Shown here piece by piece: positions 28,590 through 46,330 of a stretch of 64,000 bases of DNA (position 1 is its first letter; every line of letters starts with the position of its first letter). The notes below the pieces were generated by a model that saw only the letters and a list, made by a program, of their open reading frames with translations, was not told where the DNA came from and did not search any database. Origin of the DNA: the human T2T-CHM13v2.0 reference genome, Homo sapiens; NCBI RefSeq assembly GCF_009914755.1, contig NC_060934.1; one strand, 5' to 3'. A program made the position numbers and the translations under genes.

Positions 28590-31260
28590 GATTCAATCAT
28601 TCATTCAGTAAATATTTACTGAGCATCTACTCTGCTCACATTCGAGGTTCTATTTCAGATGGGAAGCCCTCTTGAGCCTGTATTTTGAGAGAGAAGCAGA
28701 ATAAATACACAAATAAGTGAAAGATGTAGTGTGTCAGATTGTGATAAATGCATTGGAATAAAATAAAGCCAGGCATGAGGATAAGACATGCAGTGATGAG
28801 GAGAGGGTGCTATTTTAAACAGCATAGTCAGACAAAGCCTTGCTGAGTGGATAATATATGGGCGATGAATGGAAGAAGTAAGGAGCAGGAGGTGCATCTG
28901 TCTAGAGAAAAGTGGTGGGGTTTGGAGTAGGACAGTCTTAGCAGAGGTGTTGAGCAGTGACAGGTTCTCAAACTATTTTGGAGGTAGAAATGACAGAATT
29001 TTCTTCCAGATTGGATTTGGGGTATGAGAGAAAAAAGATCGGGTTGACTCCGAAGTTTTTGGCTTGAGCAACTGAAGGATGGAGTTGTCATTTATTGGCA
29101 TGGAGAAGACTGCAAAAACAAGTTTAGAACATGTGGAATTGGGATATGTGTTTTAGGATTGTAAAGTTTGAAGTATTTATTAGACATCCACGTGTAGAAA
29201 TCAAATGGGCAGTTGGATATGAAAGTCTGGGCAAGATCTGTGGTGAAGACATACATTTGAGGCTAACAGTTCTTAGATGGCGTTCAAAGCTGCGAGGCTG
29301 GCTGAGATCATTTAAAGTAGTTGTTCTCAACTGAGACCCACCTTCACCCTTAGAAATTCTTCTGTAATTGGTCTGTGATGGATCTCAGACTTTGGCATTT
29401 TTAAAAACCTCCCGGATGATTCTTATCTCCATTTTAACCTTGTGACTTAGGTTAAGTACCTCTGACTTAGAGATTGAGTGTTGCTAGAGATGAGAAATAC
29501 TCTTAAGACAGAGTACAAGGCATCCTAGCATTTAAAGGTCAAGGATATGAGGAAGAACCAGAAAAGAGAATGAGCTACTGTGAGACAGGAGAATAAGCAG
29601 AGTGAGGGATTCTGAAAGCAAAGTGTAGCATATTAAGGAAGAAGGGGTGATTAAATATATCAACAATGCAGACACGTCAAACCAATGAAGACTGAGAATT
29701 GACCATTGGATTTACAAGTTGGGTCTTTGGTGGCCTTGACAAAAGCTGTATCAGTAGTCCAACAGGGTGATGTCTTGGCTGGAGTGGATTCAAGAGAGAA
29801 TGGGAAAAGACAGATTGGAACCAGTCCTTCTAAGACCATTCTTTAATGAGTTTCTGTATAAAAGAGAGTAGAGAATCAGGGAGTTAGCTAAAGTAGGAGG
29901 TGGGGGAAAGAAAGTTTTATTTTTTTAAGATGGTAAAAAGAGTTGCATATTTGTGTGCTCTTGGAAATGATCCAATAATAGAGGAAAATGATAATGTAGG
30001 AGAAGGAAGGAAGAATTGATGGAACAATCCCCTTAGGTGAGGAAGAAAGGGATGTGTATGCAGTGGAGGCTTTAATTTGGGTGACAGCATGGCCAGTTGC
30101 TCCACATAACAGGAAGGAAGGTTTGATTACATGGGCCACTTCTAGGTAGGCAAATGCTTCTGGTGGTGGGTGCTGGAGGACAGTCTCTTCAGACTGTTTC
30201 TGTTTTCTCAGGGAAATAAGAAGCCAGGGCTTTAGATGAGAGAGGGCATAGGAAGGAGAGATTAGAGGCCTGAGAAGTGAGCATGGTATGAAATACACAT
30301 AAGGAAAAATGAATGAGTTTATTGCAGCACTATTCACAATAGCCAAGATTTGGAAGCAACCTATGTGTCCATCAACAGGGGAATGGATAAAGAAAATGTG
30401 GTATGTACACACAATGAAGTATAATTCTACCATAAAAAAAAATGAGATGCTGTCATTTGCAACAACATGGATGGAACTGGAGGTCTTTATGTTAAGTAAA
30501 ATGAGCCAGGCACAGAAAGACGAACATCACCTGTTCTCACTTATCTGTGGGAGCTAAAAATTAAAACAATTGAACACATGGAGATAGAGTAGAAGGATGG
30601 TTACCAGAGACTGGGAAGGGTAGTTGGGAGAGGAAGGGAAGTGGGAGATGGTTAATGGGTACAAAAAATATTTAGAAAGAATAAGTAAGACCTAGTATTT
30701 GCTAGGAAATCAGGGTGACTATAGTAAAAAAAATTTAATTGTTCATTGAAAAATAACTAAAAGAGTATAGCTGGATTGTTTGAAATGCAAAGGATAAATG
30801 CTTAAGGGGATGGCACTCTGTCCACCCTCATGTGATTATTATGCGTGGCATGCTTGTATGAAAATATCTCTTTTAATCCATAAATATATACTCTTACCAT
30901 GTACCCCATAAAAATTAAAAATTAAAAGAAGAAAACAACAACAACAACAAAAATGAATGAGTAAATGGATGGGGAAACATAGAATTGATGGACAGTTCAA
31001 GGTCACAGGTTTAGTTTGAGACCAGCAGCTGTATGTGTGCTTTTCAGCCACATTCGGCTGCTTGCCTGGTGCAGACAACCTGGAGAGTCAGACTTAACCA
31101 GGGTGGAGTTCTCAACAGGTGAATACAATGTAGGAAGAGTGAGCCACAGAGTTGAAGCTATATGCAATGGTGTGATTATAATGATGAACCCTGTGATGTA
31201 TACTAGCCTGGGGGGAAAGTGAGGATTTCAGAGGAGAGGAGCACTGGAGGTCTGGAGTAG
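28590..31260 (-). mobile_element. Long L2 remnant, interrupted by a MER5-like piece (~29318-29430) and an L1MA (30319-30948)
   Basis: L2 terminus attcattcagtaaatatttactgagcatctac; tagacatccacgtgtagaaatcaaatgggcagttggatat; gactgagaattgaccattggattta. Confidence 0.75.
30319..30948 (+). mobile_element. L1MA2-4-like 3' end
   Basis: FIAALFTIAKIWKQP, L1MA-type 3'UTR, (CAA)n tail. Perfect 14-bp TSD aaaaatgaatgagt at 30305-30318 and 30949-30962. Confidence 0.88.
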
Positions 31261-33624
31261 ATAAAAAAAAAAAAATGCTGAAGCCATGGTTCTAGTAGTT
31301 CACTATGGTGTGAAGAAAGTGTCTGTTTCGATGAAAGGTAAACACATTTCTTACTGAAGCCAATTTTACTTTGAACCTGATTAAGTTTTTAACCATTGAA
31401 ATTAGTTGTTATGCAAAAAGAGCCATAGCTTTGAACATTAATATGCATTCTTTCACTTACAATTATGAAATGAATATATTAATGAATAATCTAAAAACAA
31501 TTAGTGGTTGCTAGAGTACATCTCAGTCATCTGTCTCTTGTAAGTTAATAAATTATCAATGACAGAATTAAGCTATCCTGAGCACTTTTTAAATATTTAT
31601 GCTTCTTTGCAACCTCAGTAGTTTGGGGAAATGATGACAAGCAGCAAAATGTATGTCTCCGCCTATTTTGTAAATCACTTTAATTGTGCTAAATTGCTGA
31701 AAGGGATTCGCTGGAATCAAGAAACACTTTTCAAAAATCTAATTGATAAAATTGCATTATGTAAGACTAATGCCAGAGCTATGAGATGCTTGACTTTGAA
31801 AAGATTTTGTCCATTACATTCGGAATTGCTATTGGTGAGTGGGGCATTATCTACTTTATAACCTAATCAAATGGTCTGACCCACTGAATGAAGAGGGCAG
31901 CTTGGATATGTTGCTCCATGCCTACCTCCTGATTGGATGAGGAGTAGCAGCTTCTTGTAGCATTAGAACCTGGCATGGTGGGTCCATGTGCAGCTGCCCC
32001 ATCCCCCATACACCCTTAAGACCAGGTCACTTCCCATCAACTCCATCTTGCCTGGTCCTGGCTTATGTTCTGATGTCTGATGCCAGAGCCCACCTAGCCA
32101 TCAAAATCATATCACAGGTGTGAGGACATCATGAACTTGTGCTGCTTATCTCTTTCATTATGGTAAAAATATGGTTCACAATTCCGTAAAATAGAGTGTC
32201 TCTTTCTTGTCTTAAAGGAGTTATACAGTTATACTTTTGATATCATCAAAGTTAAAGTTTCGAATACATTCAAAAACCATAAAAACACATATAAACCCAC
32301 CACAATTTTGAGGTTTTATTTCTGTAAAATAATCTATACCAAATACACTATCACATTCATATTCTCATATATACCTCATTGCACAGATGTGGGTGGCAAT
32401 GTGACAAACCTGAGTCAGTGTACAGCAGACATTGCCATTGTGTGAAGACACCCTCAGTATCAAAGTATGGCAGTTTAGATGATCAATGTTAATCAATAGT
32501 TGCATGAAAACAAGACATATCACTACCTAGAAGGGACTGCATAGACACTTTCTAAAGCAGATCCCATCAACAAGAGAGAGGAAAGAATTGAAGGGGAACT
32601 TGACAGAGAGGCTAATATGTGTACAGAATGGTGGTTGGGAAACACGGTTTTACACTCCCTCATGTTTGAATTATGATTGTTTTATGTTGTTTGAAATAGC
32701 ACCTGGGAATAATCTGTATCCCTTATATTGATTTATTTGTATCTATTGATTGCTGGATTGATTTACAATTAGGAAACAAATCACCACAATACTTAAAAAG
32801 AAAGAAAACCTGAACTTCAATCTGTGTTCGTCACTCAAGATAGCAAATGGTCCATCTTCTGGGAATTACTCTCAGCAATGTTTCTCATGCTAAATATTAA
32901 GTACAGGAATGTCTCCTGCTTTACCTAGGGTTCAAGTGTGTTTATAAACCCTGCTCTTTGTGAGGTGTCATGGAGATTGAAAAATATTTATGTGATTCCT
33001 CATGAAAATGGGTTAAAAAATGGAAAATGTGGTTAATGCTACAATTAAATTAATTAGAAAATAGTTCACAAAAACTTGGGGACAGATGAGGGGACAGAGC
33101 AACTATTCATTCTGGTGGGAGAGTTTACATCTTTAGGATGGATTTCACTAGAGGGATAAATTATATCTCTCTTTTACCTAGAATGATTTGCATTACAGTG
33201 ATAGCTATTTTAGCTTCATGCACCATTTGTTAAAAACAATACAAAGGATCAAAGGTAGGGATAGATATATTCCTTAAGTTGTTATGGTCATTTCAAGAGT
33301 CAGCCAAATAATACCGTGCTTTACTGAAATTGCATCTTTGAACCGAGTGAAATTGTGATAATACACTGGTCTGAAATTTAAGAATTGTGTTCTAGATCGA
33401 ATGTCCTAACTCACTCTTTACCTTGGGAAAATAACATAAAGGAAAGGCATGAGACTAGAGAATCTCTCAGATTCTAGCTTTCAACATTTAAATGTGTAGA
33501 ATAAAAGGTGGGATGCAAGTGAGCTATTTTTTGCCTCTTGCTTAAAAAAAGGAAATGTAAAAAAATCTTCACACCTCAGAGTTGGTTGCTGTGGACAAAA
33601 GAAAATGTCAGTACACGTTTTTTC

Positions 33625-34532
33625 AAAACAGACTTTATATTTTAGAGCAGCTTTAGGTTCATAGCAAAACTGAGTAGAGGGTACAGAGCCTTCACATACA
33701 CCCCTGTCCTGACACATGCATAGCGTCTCCCATTAGCAACGTTCTCCACCAAATCGATACCTTGATTAAAATCAATGAACCTACATTGACACATCATTCT
33801 CACCCAGAGTTTATCTTAGGCTTCACCCTTCGTTGTTTCACATTCTCTGGATTGGAATAAATGTATAATGACATGTAGCCACTATTACAGCATCATACAG
33901 AATAGCCTCGCTACCCTAAAAATCCTTTGTGCACCATCTATTCCTCCATCTCTCCCCCCAACTCTTGACAACAACTGATCTTCTTACTGTCTCCATAGTT
34001 CTGCCTTTCCCAGAATGTCATGTAGTTGGAATCGCATTGTATGTCTCTGACTGGCTTCTTTCACTTAGTAATGCACATTTAAATTTCCTCCGCATATTTT
34101 CATGACATGATAACTCATTTATCTTGAGTAATATCCTATTGTCTGGATGTAACATAGTTGATCCATTCGCCTACTGAAAGGCATCTTAGTTGTTTCCAAG
34201 TTTTGGCAATTATAAATAAGGCTATTAGACACGTCTGTGTACAGATTTTTGTGTGGCCATTAAGTTTTCAACTCCTTTGGGTAAATGCCAAGGAATGTAA
34301 TTGCTGGATTGTATAGCAAGGGTGTGTTTAGTGCTGTAAGAAACTACCCAACTTTCTTCCAATGTGGCTTCTCCATTTTGCATTCTCCCCAACAATGAAT
34401 GAGAGTTCCTATTGCTCCACATCCCCACCAGCATTTGGTGTTGTCCGTGATTTGGATTTTGGCCATTCTAATACGAATATGGTAACATCCCATTGTTGCT
34501 TTAATTTGCATTTCCCTGATGACAAATGATGT
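33625..34532 (-). mobile_element. L1MC1/2-like 3' end
   Basis: agactttatattttagagcagctttaggttcatagcaaaactgag; antisense ORF2 C-terminus IREMQIKATM...KCWWGCG. Confidence 0.82.
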
Positions 34533-35309
34533 AGGTGGCAACTTTTCTTACCCATTCTTGATTACTCTAAAGCTTGAAAGGATGTTGCGGATGTCCAGAG
34601 AAATCTAACCACTGAAAATACAAGGGAAGTATACTGTCAGTCTAACGATTGCTGACATGTCCCTTCTTAGAGCAGCAATCGGGCAAGCCACAGCCTTATT
34701 TCATGTCATCTTCATCTCTTCAGCTAATTTAGCCTGTAATGCACTATCAGTTTGATATTCTCAGGAGTGAAATTATTTTCCAAGGTAGGGAGGCCTCTTT
34801 CTTGGCCAGACCATTATCCAGGGAAGAATGAAATTCAGGCACTATAAAACATAATCTCTTGCTTTTCCAGTTGCCTCTCTAATTATCCTACCATGAGCAC
34901 TGACACGTGGTAGAATTAGAGGAATTATTCCTGCAGCTTTGCCCTTCAATGCAGGCTTCAGGTTTGTCCCCAGCAACTTGCTTACTAGTTTCCTGTTCTT
35001 GGGAACAGTAGAGGGTCTGGCACCTGGTAATTCCCAGTTGTCAATAATCAGCCATCTCTGCAGTTACTCATTAACTCCAGCACTCCATCCTCAACTCACT
35101 AGAAGTTTAATTTAAACACAATTGTTCGGAGTGGGTCTGCCACCTTTCCTCTTCTCCCATTTCTCCAGTCTTGCCACACTCTTCTCTCCTGATAGTTTAA
35201 ATTGCTATTTTGGGAGGGAACTATTTCTGTTTCCAGAAGCCAAAGAACAGAATAAACAGAATGTTTTTTGTGTTTTGTAGTTCACAGTGTACTATTAAAA
35301 ATTCAGTTT

Positions 35310-35585
35310 GTAAATAAAAATTGTATTTATTTAAGATGAACACTGTGATGTTTTGATATATACATAGTGAAATGACTATCACACTAAATCTAGTTAACAC
35401 ACTCATCTCCTTATATAGTTACTGTGTGTGTGTGGTGAGAACACTTAAGATCTACTCTCTTAGCAGATTTAAACTCTACGGTACAATATTATTAAGTATA
35501 GTCCTCATGCTGTACATTAGAACTCTAGAGCTTATGTATCCTACAGGACTGAAACTTTGTACTCTTTGACCAACATGTCCCCATT
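35310..35585 (-). mobile_element. L1MA8-10-like 3' end
   Basis: gtggtgagaacacttaagatctactctcttagca. Confidence 0.78.
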
Positions 35586-37209
35586 AAAGCCCTGAAGTTG
35601 GAATCTCTAAATGGGGAAACTGACAGAGAGTAGATTTGAAGGTGAAGGACTTCGCCTGGGAGAGTCTTGGAAGAAATCCACATAGGGAGCAAGTTATAAT
35701 GACAAATGCTCTTCTCTCTTTATAGACTTGATCTCCTTAAGTCCATGGATGAACTCCGTAAGTCCAGGAAAAGTCTCTCATTCATCTTTAGGTCTTTAGC
35801 ATGTAGCTCTGTGTTCAGCATTTAGGAGATGCTTGATAAATATTCGTGGAACTGATCAGAACAGAGCCACACACAGTTGAGCCAGGGACACGTGGCAGTC
35901 AACTGGCGACTGAGTTCAGTCGATGACAGAGCAATGGGAAAAGGATGGAAATAAACTTCTCACCCCTGCTTATATTCACAAAGATCTTTGTGCTGCATTT
36001 TTGTTTGAAGCTGTGTGCCTAGATAACCCATGAACACAATCAATTCCAAATTGAGCTGTCTTTCAAATCATTGAAACAGGAACAATTGTTGTAACCATGT
36101 TTAGTGGGTTATTTGTGGTGCCAAAGATGCCCAAGTGAAAGAGTTACTTCCCATCATCACTTCACAGTCATGAAGTGGTGCTGGCTCTTTGAAACGTACT
36201 TACGCGTATTTCCTGTTCAGCTCTGGGTGTGATTGTGTGGGTGATGCCTTCAGTGCCGAGGGTGGCTGTAGGGTCTGCAGCTGTTAGTAGACGAATCATT
36301 ATTCTGATGTTGGCTCCTGTCCTTCACAAATAATTTTAGGAAAAAAGCTGACCCTGTAGTGACCTTTTCTGATTTCCAGTAGCCAAGTGTTCCTCTTATT
36401 GCTAACTGTGTGGATGTTAACATGGGCATCTTCACATTTGGATCAGAAAACAATATTATTCTGAAACACTTTCCTTTGAATGTCTGGTGTCTCATGTTCA
36501 TTCAAAAGGATTGTCTCCAGTGTCCACGTATGGCTGACTCTACTAGTCAGTTGCCTTTTAGTCAAAACAGTTTCTGAAAGACAAAAGTTCTGTGTTAAGC
36601 ATGCTTAGGAAAAGTGATTGCAGAAATAGCCATGTCAGTCAGAGGCCAGAATGCTCTTTCAGATTAGGGTATCAGACGGAGGAAGCTACTGGGCTTTGGT
36701 CAACGTGTTTCATTTTTAACAGGCTCGCTAGGGCGCAGCAGAGAGAGAAATCGTATTCACCCACTGAAAACCCAGCAACTGACTTAATGACAGTTGAACA
36801 GGAGAAACACAAACTTCAGGTTGAGGTTGATTTTTGCATGTGTGCATTCTCTTAAAAGACATCTTCTGTTATTAGCATAGCCTCTTTTAGACTGGGTGGT
36901 TATGGCTTTTTTATATTTTAAAAGTATTTATTTTCCTTATAAATGTCATTTGATAACAAATTAGTAGTCATTAAGGTAGTAGGAGCAACCAATCTTGTTG
37001 ACTTTTTTTTTTTTTAACTTTTGAAGGAATTTACAGATAAAATGTTAGTCACATTGAATTTTGGAATCAAATTCTCCAACTGCTGTAACCAGTAGAGAAT
37101 ACATTTTCCTGTACCTTATTCTGTAAGCCTATCAAATAATGTAATTTTGAAGGGATTTGAGGCCCCTCTTAATTCAATCTTTATCATTAAAATATTTCTG
37201 GCTCTACTT

Positions 37210-37420
37210 AGTAGGGAAACAGAATAAGAGTCAGGAATCCTAGATTTTAGACTTGGCATTACCATCTTCTGGCTTTCTTATCTTTGGAACATCATTTAGT
37301 TCCTCTGAAACTCAGTTTCCCAAATTATAAGAAGTAAAAGGATGATAGCAGCTAACAATATTGATGATCATATCCAATAATGTGTGCCAGAGTCTTTTTT
37401 TAAAATTTAAAGCATTATAT
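37210..37420 (+). mobile_element. MIR
   Basis: ctctgaaactcagtttccccaaattataa. Confidence 0.55.
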
Positions 37421-37868
37421 AAGTGTTTTATGTTTAAGAAAAGATATGGATGCAAAAAAATAGATTGTGTCAATGCTGGGACACAGTGGGTTGTTAGTTT
37501 TTAATCTGTAAATCACAGCCTTTGAAATGTTTCCATTGTTAATGTTCTTATAACAAAGAGTTGTAAAAGAAAGAAAAAGAAACACAGCTATAGGCGACCA
37601 TTAGGCTAAGTTAGAATCTGTCTAATGTGAATGTGAGGCTTTTCACATCTCTGTCCTGAGGGCTCAATATTCACAGTAACATAAGAAAAACAAAATTATA
37701 TTTGTGAACACACACCAGCCTTGAGATTTTTTTATATTGTCTATAATAAAGCTATAAAATGCTCATTTTATACCATACATTCTCGGTTTCTTTTAAATAA
37801 AAATCTAACTTGTTGGGCTTTCGTGACAATCCAGATGTGATTACCCTTTGAAAGAACCTGAAATTTTA

Positions 37869-37978
37869 TTTTTAGTTTTTACTTGTTTACTTATTTATTT
37901 TTAAGACAGGGTCTCACTCTTTCCCCCAAGATGGATTGCAGTGGCACAATCTCAGCTCACTGCAACCTCCACCCCCAG
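37869..37978 (-). mobile_element. Severely 5'-truncated Alu (~75 bp plus tail)
   Basis: agacagggtctcactct...ctcactgcaacctcc. TSD agaacctgaaatttta at 37853-37868 and 37979-37994; canonical TTTT/AA site. Confidence 0.9.
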
Positions 37979-38879
37979 AGAACCTGAAATTTTAAAACAA
38001 CTGGAAAGTTTTACCAATGACTGAGAATTTATTTCCTTTTGAAAAACCCAAAATAAATATTATCCAGCTACTGGCCAGTGCTTATGATATATCTCTTATG
38101 AAATAGTTATCTTTGTGATTTTGTGTAAATCTCATAAATTTTGATACATTACTTAGGATTTCTTTCATTGGCAAGATGGTTCTCTGTAAATAGAGAACAA
38201 TGGACAACCTCTGTAAAATTTTTAGCAGGTTTTACATTTGCAAAACGGAATACAGTCAAGTTTGCAATTGTTTTTGTGTAGCTTTCCAAACATTTCCACT
38301 TGTCTTAACATAGGACGTCCAGGCCATGTGCAGAGAACAGCTTACTAAACTACCTCTGTGACTCATTTTACCAGGCTCACACCTGTCTGACATTAAACCT
38401 TGGGACTAGATTTAAGAACTTGAGCATAACACCAATTTGACCTCATTCAGTAACAATCAAAAAGGATATCAAGACTGAAATCAGGATAGACATTGGTTCA
38501 AATTGCTTTTTCCTTCTCTCCGTTTAATCAACCTCACTCTATTTTTGTCTCTTTCTAGGGAGAAGTGAGTGAGATAGACTACTCCTGAATAGATATACAC
38601 ATCTATAATGCATCTGAAATCAACTATCTGGATTTTGAAATTTAGGGTCAATATTTTGTGTGTTGTTTCACATTTAACATCCTATCAACCTTTTTCTTAG
38701 GATTTGGTTATAGAAAACCCAGGTAATGTGCAAAGGGACAGATGAGATTGAGGAGACTGCTTAGTATTTTTTAAAGTAGAATAAATGGTTTTAAGTGACT
38801 TTTGTGTAAAAGTAGGTTTTGCACTTTTGGCACCAAGGCAATTCTGCTAATTGTAAATTAGTCTGTTCTTAGAAAAATT

Positions 38880-41465
38880 TTAATGAACTTTTTTATGTAT
38901 AATTTGCATAAAGTAAATGTACCCATTTAAAATGTAAAATTCCAACACCCAAATCAAGACATAGAACATTTCCTTCATCCAGAAAGTCCTCTCTTGCAAA
39001 CTGTCAGCTAATTGCTACCTCTTCCCACCCCTAGCAACCAACCGATCTGACATTTAGCACTAGTGATTAGTTTTCCCTCTTTTAGAGCATTATACAATTG
39101 GAATCATTCAAGACATATTGGTGTGTCTGTCTTCCTTTGCTCTGCATTATGTTTTTGAGAGCCATCCATTTGTGGCAAGTATCAATCATCTGTTCCTTTT
39201 CATTGCTAAATAGTATTCAATTTTAAGAATATAGCATAGTTTTATGAACATCTGGGTAGTTTGCAGTTTGAAGCTATTGTAATTAAAGCTACTCTGCATT
39301 TTCAGCATACATTTTGGTGTTCATAGATGTTTTCATTGCTCTTAGATGAATACTTTTGGCTCATAGCGTGTATAACTTTACCAAAAAATTGCCAAATTGT
39401 TTTCTAACGTGATGGGACCATTTTACGCTCCTACCTGAAATGTATGAGAGTTTCAGTAGCTCTTCATCCGTGGTTGGGATTGTCATTTATTTTTGTTATG
39501 GGCATTTTAATGCATATTGGCACCTCATTGTGGTTTTAACTTGGATTTCCTGATCAGTCATGATGCTGAGCACCTTTGATAGGCTATTATCCATTTACAT
39601 AACTTCTTGTGTCTAATATCCGTTCTCATCTTTTCCCCATTTATCAGATTGTCTTTATATTACAGATTTGTAAGAGTTCTTTAACCATTCTAGATGTGAG
39701 CTCTTTGTCAGTTATTTGTTTTGCAAATATCTTATCCCTGCTTGCTTAGAGAAATATTTGTATCCTTAAATGATTCAATTCAGAAAAGACTAATGGTTTG
39801 CATTGTATTTTCCCAAAGTAGTATTTGAAGAGCAAGAAAATGCTTTTAAGTTTATTGAGTTTTCTTTTATGGCTAGTGTTTTCATTTTGTATTGTTTTTT
39901 CTCCTAGGAATCAATGACCTACGATAGAGTTGAAAGGATTTTTCCATCCTTGTTTTGTTCAGAAATACAATTAATTTTTGTGCATTGATTTTTTTGCATT
40001 ATTCAACATTGCTAAATTCTATTCATTTTTATTAATTTTAGTATATTTCTTAGGATTTTCTTAACAGATAATCTTGTTCTCTGTAAACAGAAGACAATGT
40101 CATATCTTTAGCAGGTTGTAGGTTAACCCTGGCCTCAGAAAATTAGTGTAGGAGCATTTTATCCTCTAATTCCTCTAAGATTTTATATAAGATTGATATT
40201 AATTTTTTCTTAAGCATTTGGTAAAATTCACCAGTGGAATCATCTGGAAAACTTTAGTTTTCTTAGTGGGAAGATTTTTGACTATAGGTTCAAATTCTTT
40301 TCTATTTCCGTAATTAGTCTTAGTAGGAGATTATTGTTTTTAACAATCTTTTTAAAAAATAAATTTCTTATTTGTTAATTCTCTATTTTCATTTATCTCT
40401 GATCTTTGTTATTTTCTTATTTCTGTTCACTCTGGGATTAGTTCAATCTTCCTTTTCTAAATTCTTAAAATAGACACTTGATAACAGATTTTTAATCTTT
40501 CTCTTTCTTTAATTTTGTCATTTAAAGTTATAAATTTTCTTCTGAGCAATGCTTTATCTGCCTTTTGCATATTTTGATATGTAATAAAATAATTACATTT
40601 CAAAATAGATATGTAAAATTATTTATTTTGAAAGGCTTTCTCATTCATCTTTGACTCCTTTTTTAATCCATGAATTATTTAAAAGTGTATTGGTAAATTT
40701 TGAAACATTTGGGATTTTTAAAGATATCTTAGTGTTATCGATTTCTAATTTAACTTTACTATGATAAGCTCACATACTCTGTCAGTTTTCAAGCTTTTGA
40801 AATTTTTTGAATGCATTATACACTTTGGCATACAGCCTATATTGATGAGCAGTTGATGTGCCATTGAAACAAATATGTATTATGAGGTTATTGAATAAAG
40901 TATTCTGTAAATGTCAATTAGGTTAAGTTGGTGAATAGTCTTTTTCAGATCTTCTGTATCCTTACTGATTTTTTGCCTACTTGATCTGCTAACTACTAAC
41001 AGAGCAATAATAAAAAACTCCAAATTTGATATCTGTTTTTTATTTAATTTTGTCGGTTTTAGCTTATAAATTTTGGAGTTTTGTTATTAGTGCATATGCA
41101 TTTAGAATTGCTATGTCTTTCTGATAAATTTCCTTTTTACCATTATACAGTGTCTTTCTTTAACTCAACTAATATCTTTTGCCTTGAAGACCATTTTGGT
41201 ATTTTAATAGCCTCATCATCTTTCTTATCCGGACTGTTCACATGAAAAGCTTCCCAACACTTGTACTTTCAGTACATTTGCAGATTAAATTAAAATGTAT
41301 CTTTCTAGTTTATACAGTACATTACATAACTGGATCTTACTTTTAAATGCAGTTTGATAATCTCTGCCTTTTAAGTGTTCAGTCTGTTTACACTTAATGT
41401 ACCAATTGATGTTATTGTGTTTAAGATACATCTTGCTATTTTTTTCCCTTTATTCTTTTAATGTT
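38880..41465 (-). mobile_element. Old L1M (L1MD/ME-like) 3' end plus degenerate ORF2 body
   Basis: cctcattgtggttttaacttggatttcctgat; ggtaaaattcaccagtggaatcatctgg; gtaaatgtcaattagg. May be two elements. Confidence 0.65.
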
Positions 41466-41484
41466 TCTTTACTGTCTTCTTATT

Positions 41485-41548
41485 TTCTTTGTTGAGAGAC
41501 AGGATCTCACCTGGTTGCCCAGGCTGGAATTCAGTGGTATAAGATCAA
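41485..41548 (-). mobile_element. Alu 3' fragment
   Basis: gagacaggatctcacctggttgcccaggctgga. Confidence 0.65.
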
Positions 41549-42940
41549 CCCTGAGCAGTGGACTTGTGGACCACACACGTTTAAACCTTTGAACCCATTT
41601 TCCCGACACTCTGGCAGCTCTCTTGCCCTCAGGACCCAGCCATTCAGGTTTCAGTAGCTTCAGCAACCTCATACCCTGATCTTTGCCTCCTCAGATCAGC
41701 AGAACTGCTGTGTTTTGCTTGTGCTGCATTTGGGAAATTGTCCCCAGGCAGAATTCTAAGGTAATCATGGGCTTCGCCTCATGAGTCTCTCTACTCTCAA
41801 TTACAGCGTTGTACTTTTTGTTGTCCACTGCTTAGAAATTATTGATTTTTTTCTCCCTAACAACCTAGTGTTAATTTTCTCTGATTCATTATGTTTTTAG
41901 TGTTCTGGTTTCAGAACTATTTATTTTTTGTACTTCTTAGTTTAAAAATTTATTTCTCTCTGAATTTCTGTTTGGTTTTAAAAATGAAAAACCACAGAAA
42001 TAGCCAACGTGAAATATATGCTTCTGTACTTCATGAAGATAAATAATTTGTGGTGTTTGTAAGTCCACTGGGTACATTAAGTATCAACTACTCATATTTT
42101 TTCAACTTATAAATCTCTGAAGGTTATTAGTATAAAGTGTTTTCAAAGTTTTATCTAAGTACATGTCAGTTTTTCTCTAAAATTTATAACTAATATTCAT
42201 GTACATATATATTTACAGATAAATATGAATGGTGATAAAAATAAAAATAACACACACTATATATTTCATATGTTACAATAGGTATTTTTATGCCTTTCTT
42301 ATTGAATGTTTGGAAAGTAAATGTCTTACATTTCAACAAACCATTAATCAAAATTAAAAGAAGGGAAAATCATTATTAAATGTTTTAATATCTGTTCAAT
42401 TTGAAAATTCCCTTTTAAATATTATATGTCAGATAATAATATGTAAAGAGATTCCTTTTATGAGAATATAGGTAACATTTTAAACAAATACCTTTTGTGA
42501 GATTTTCCTTTCATCTGGTTTCTTTAAACTTAGGGAAATAAAATTATCAGTACAGTAAACTGGAAGGCTGTTTCTTTTCCCTGATGGCATTCTCTGGAAG
42601 CCTTGTTGAGATTTGTGGTACATTTGGTTTGGCCAGTGAGTCATCTCTCATAATATGTTCAATGTCTGCTTGCCTCAGGACTAGGAGTCTGCTGGCAAAC
42701 TCTGGCCTCTTAAGTCATAGAAATCAGCCTTTGAATTAAAAGTTATTAATGGCATGCATTAAGTATCAGCTGTCATTTCCTCCAGGGAGGAGAAATCTCA
42801 TGGAAAATTTGCACAGTGTAGCTCATTTATTATGTTAAATGTCTTTTAATAATGATAGCTTATTTTTTAATTTTATTCAAGATTCACAAATTTGAGAGGG
42901 TAATTTGTTCTACACTATAAACAAAAGGAAAGATACTTCA

Positions 42941-46330
<3,390 letters not shown>

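Noticed and set aside
29888-30433. 181-aa minus-strand ORF
   Set aside because: Spans an L1MA/L2 junction; no support as a real gene.
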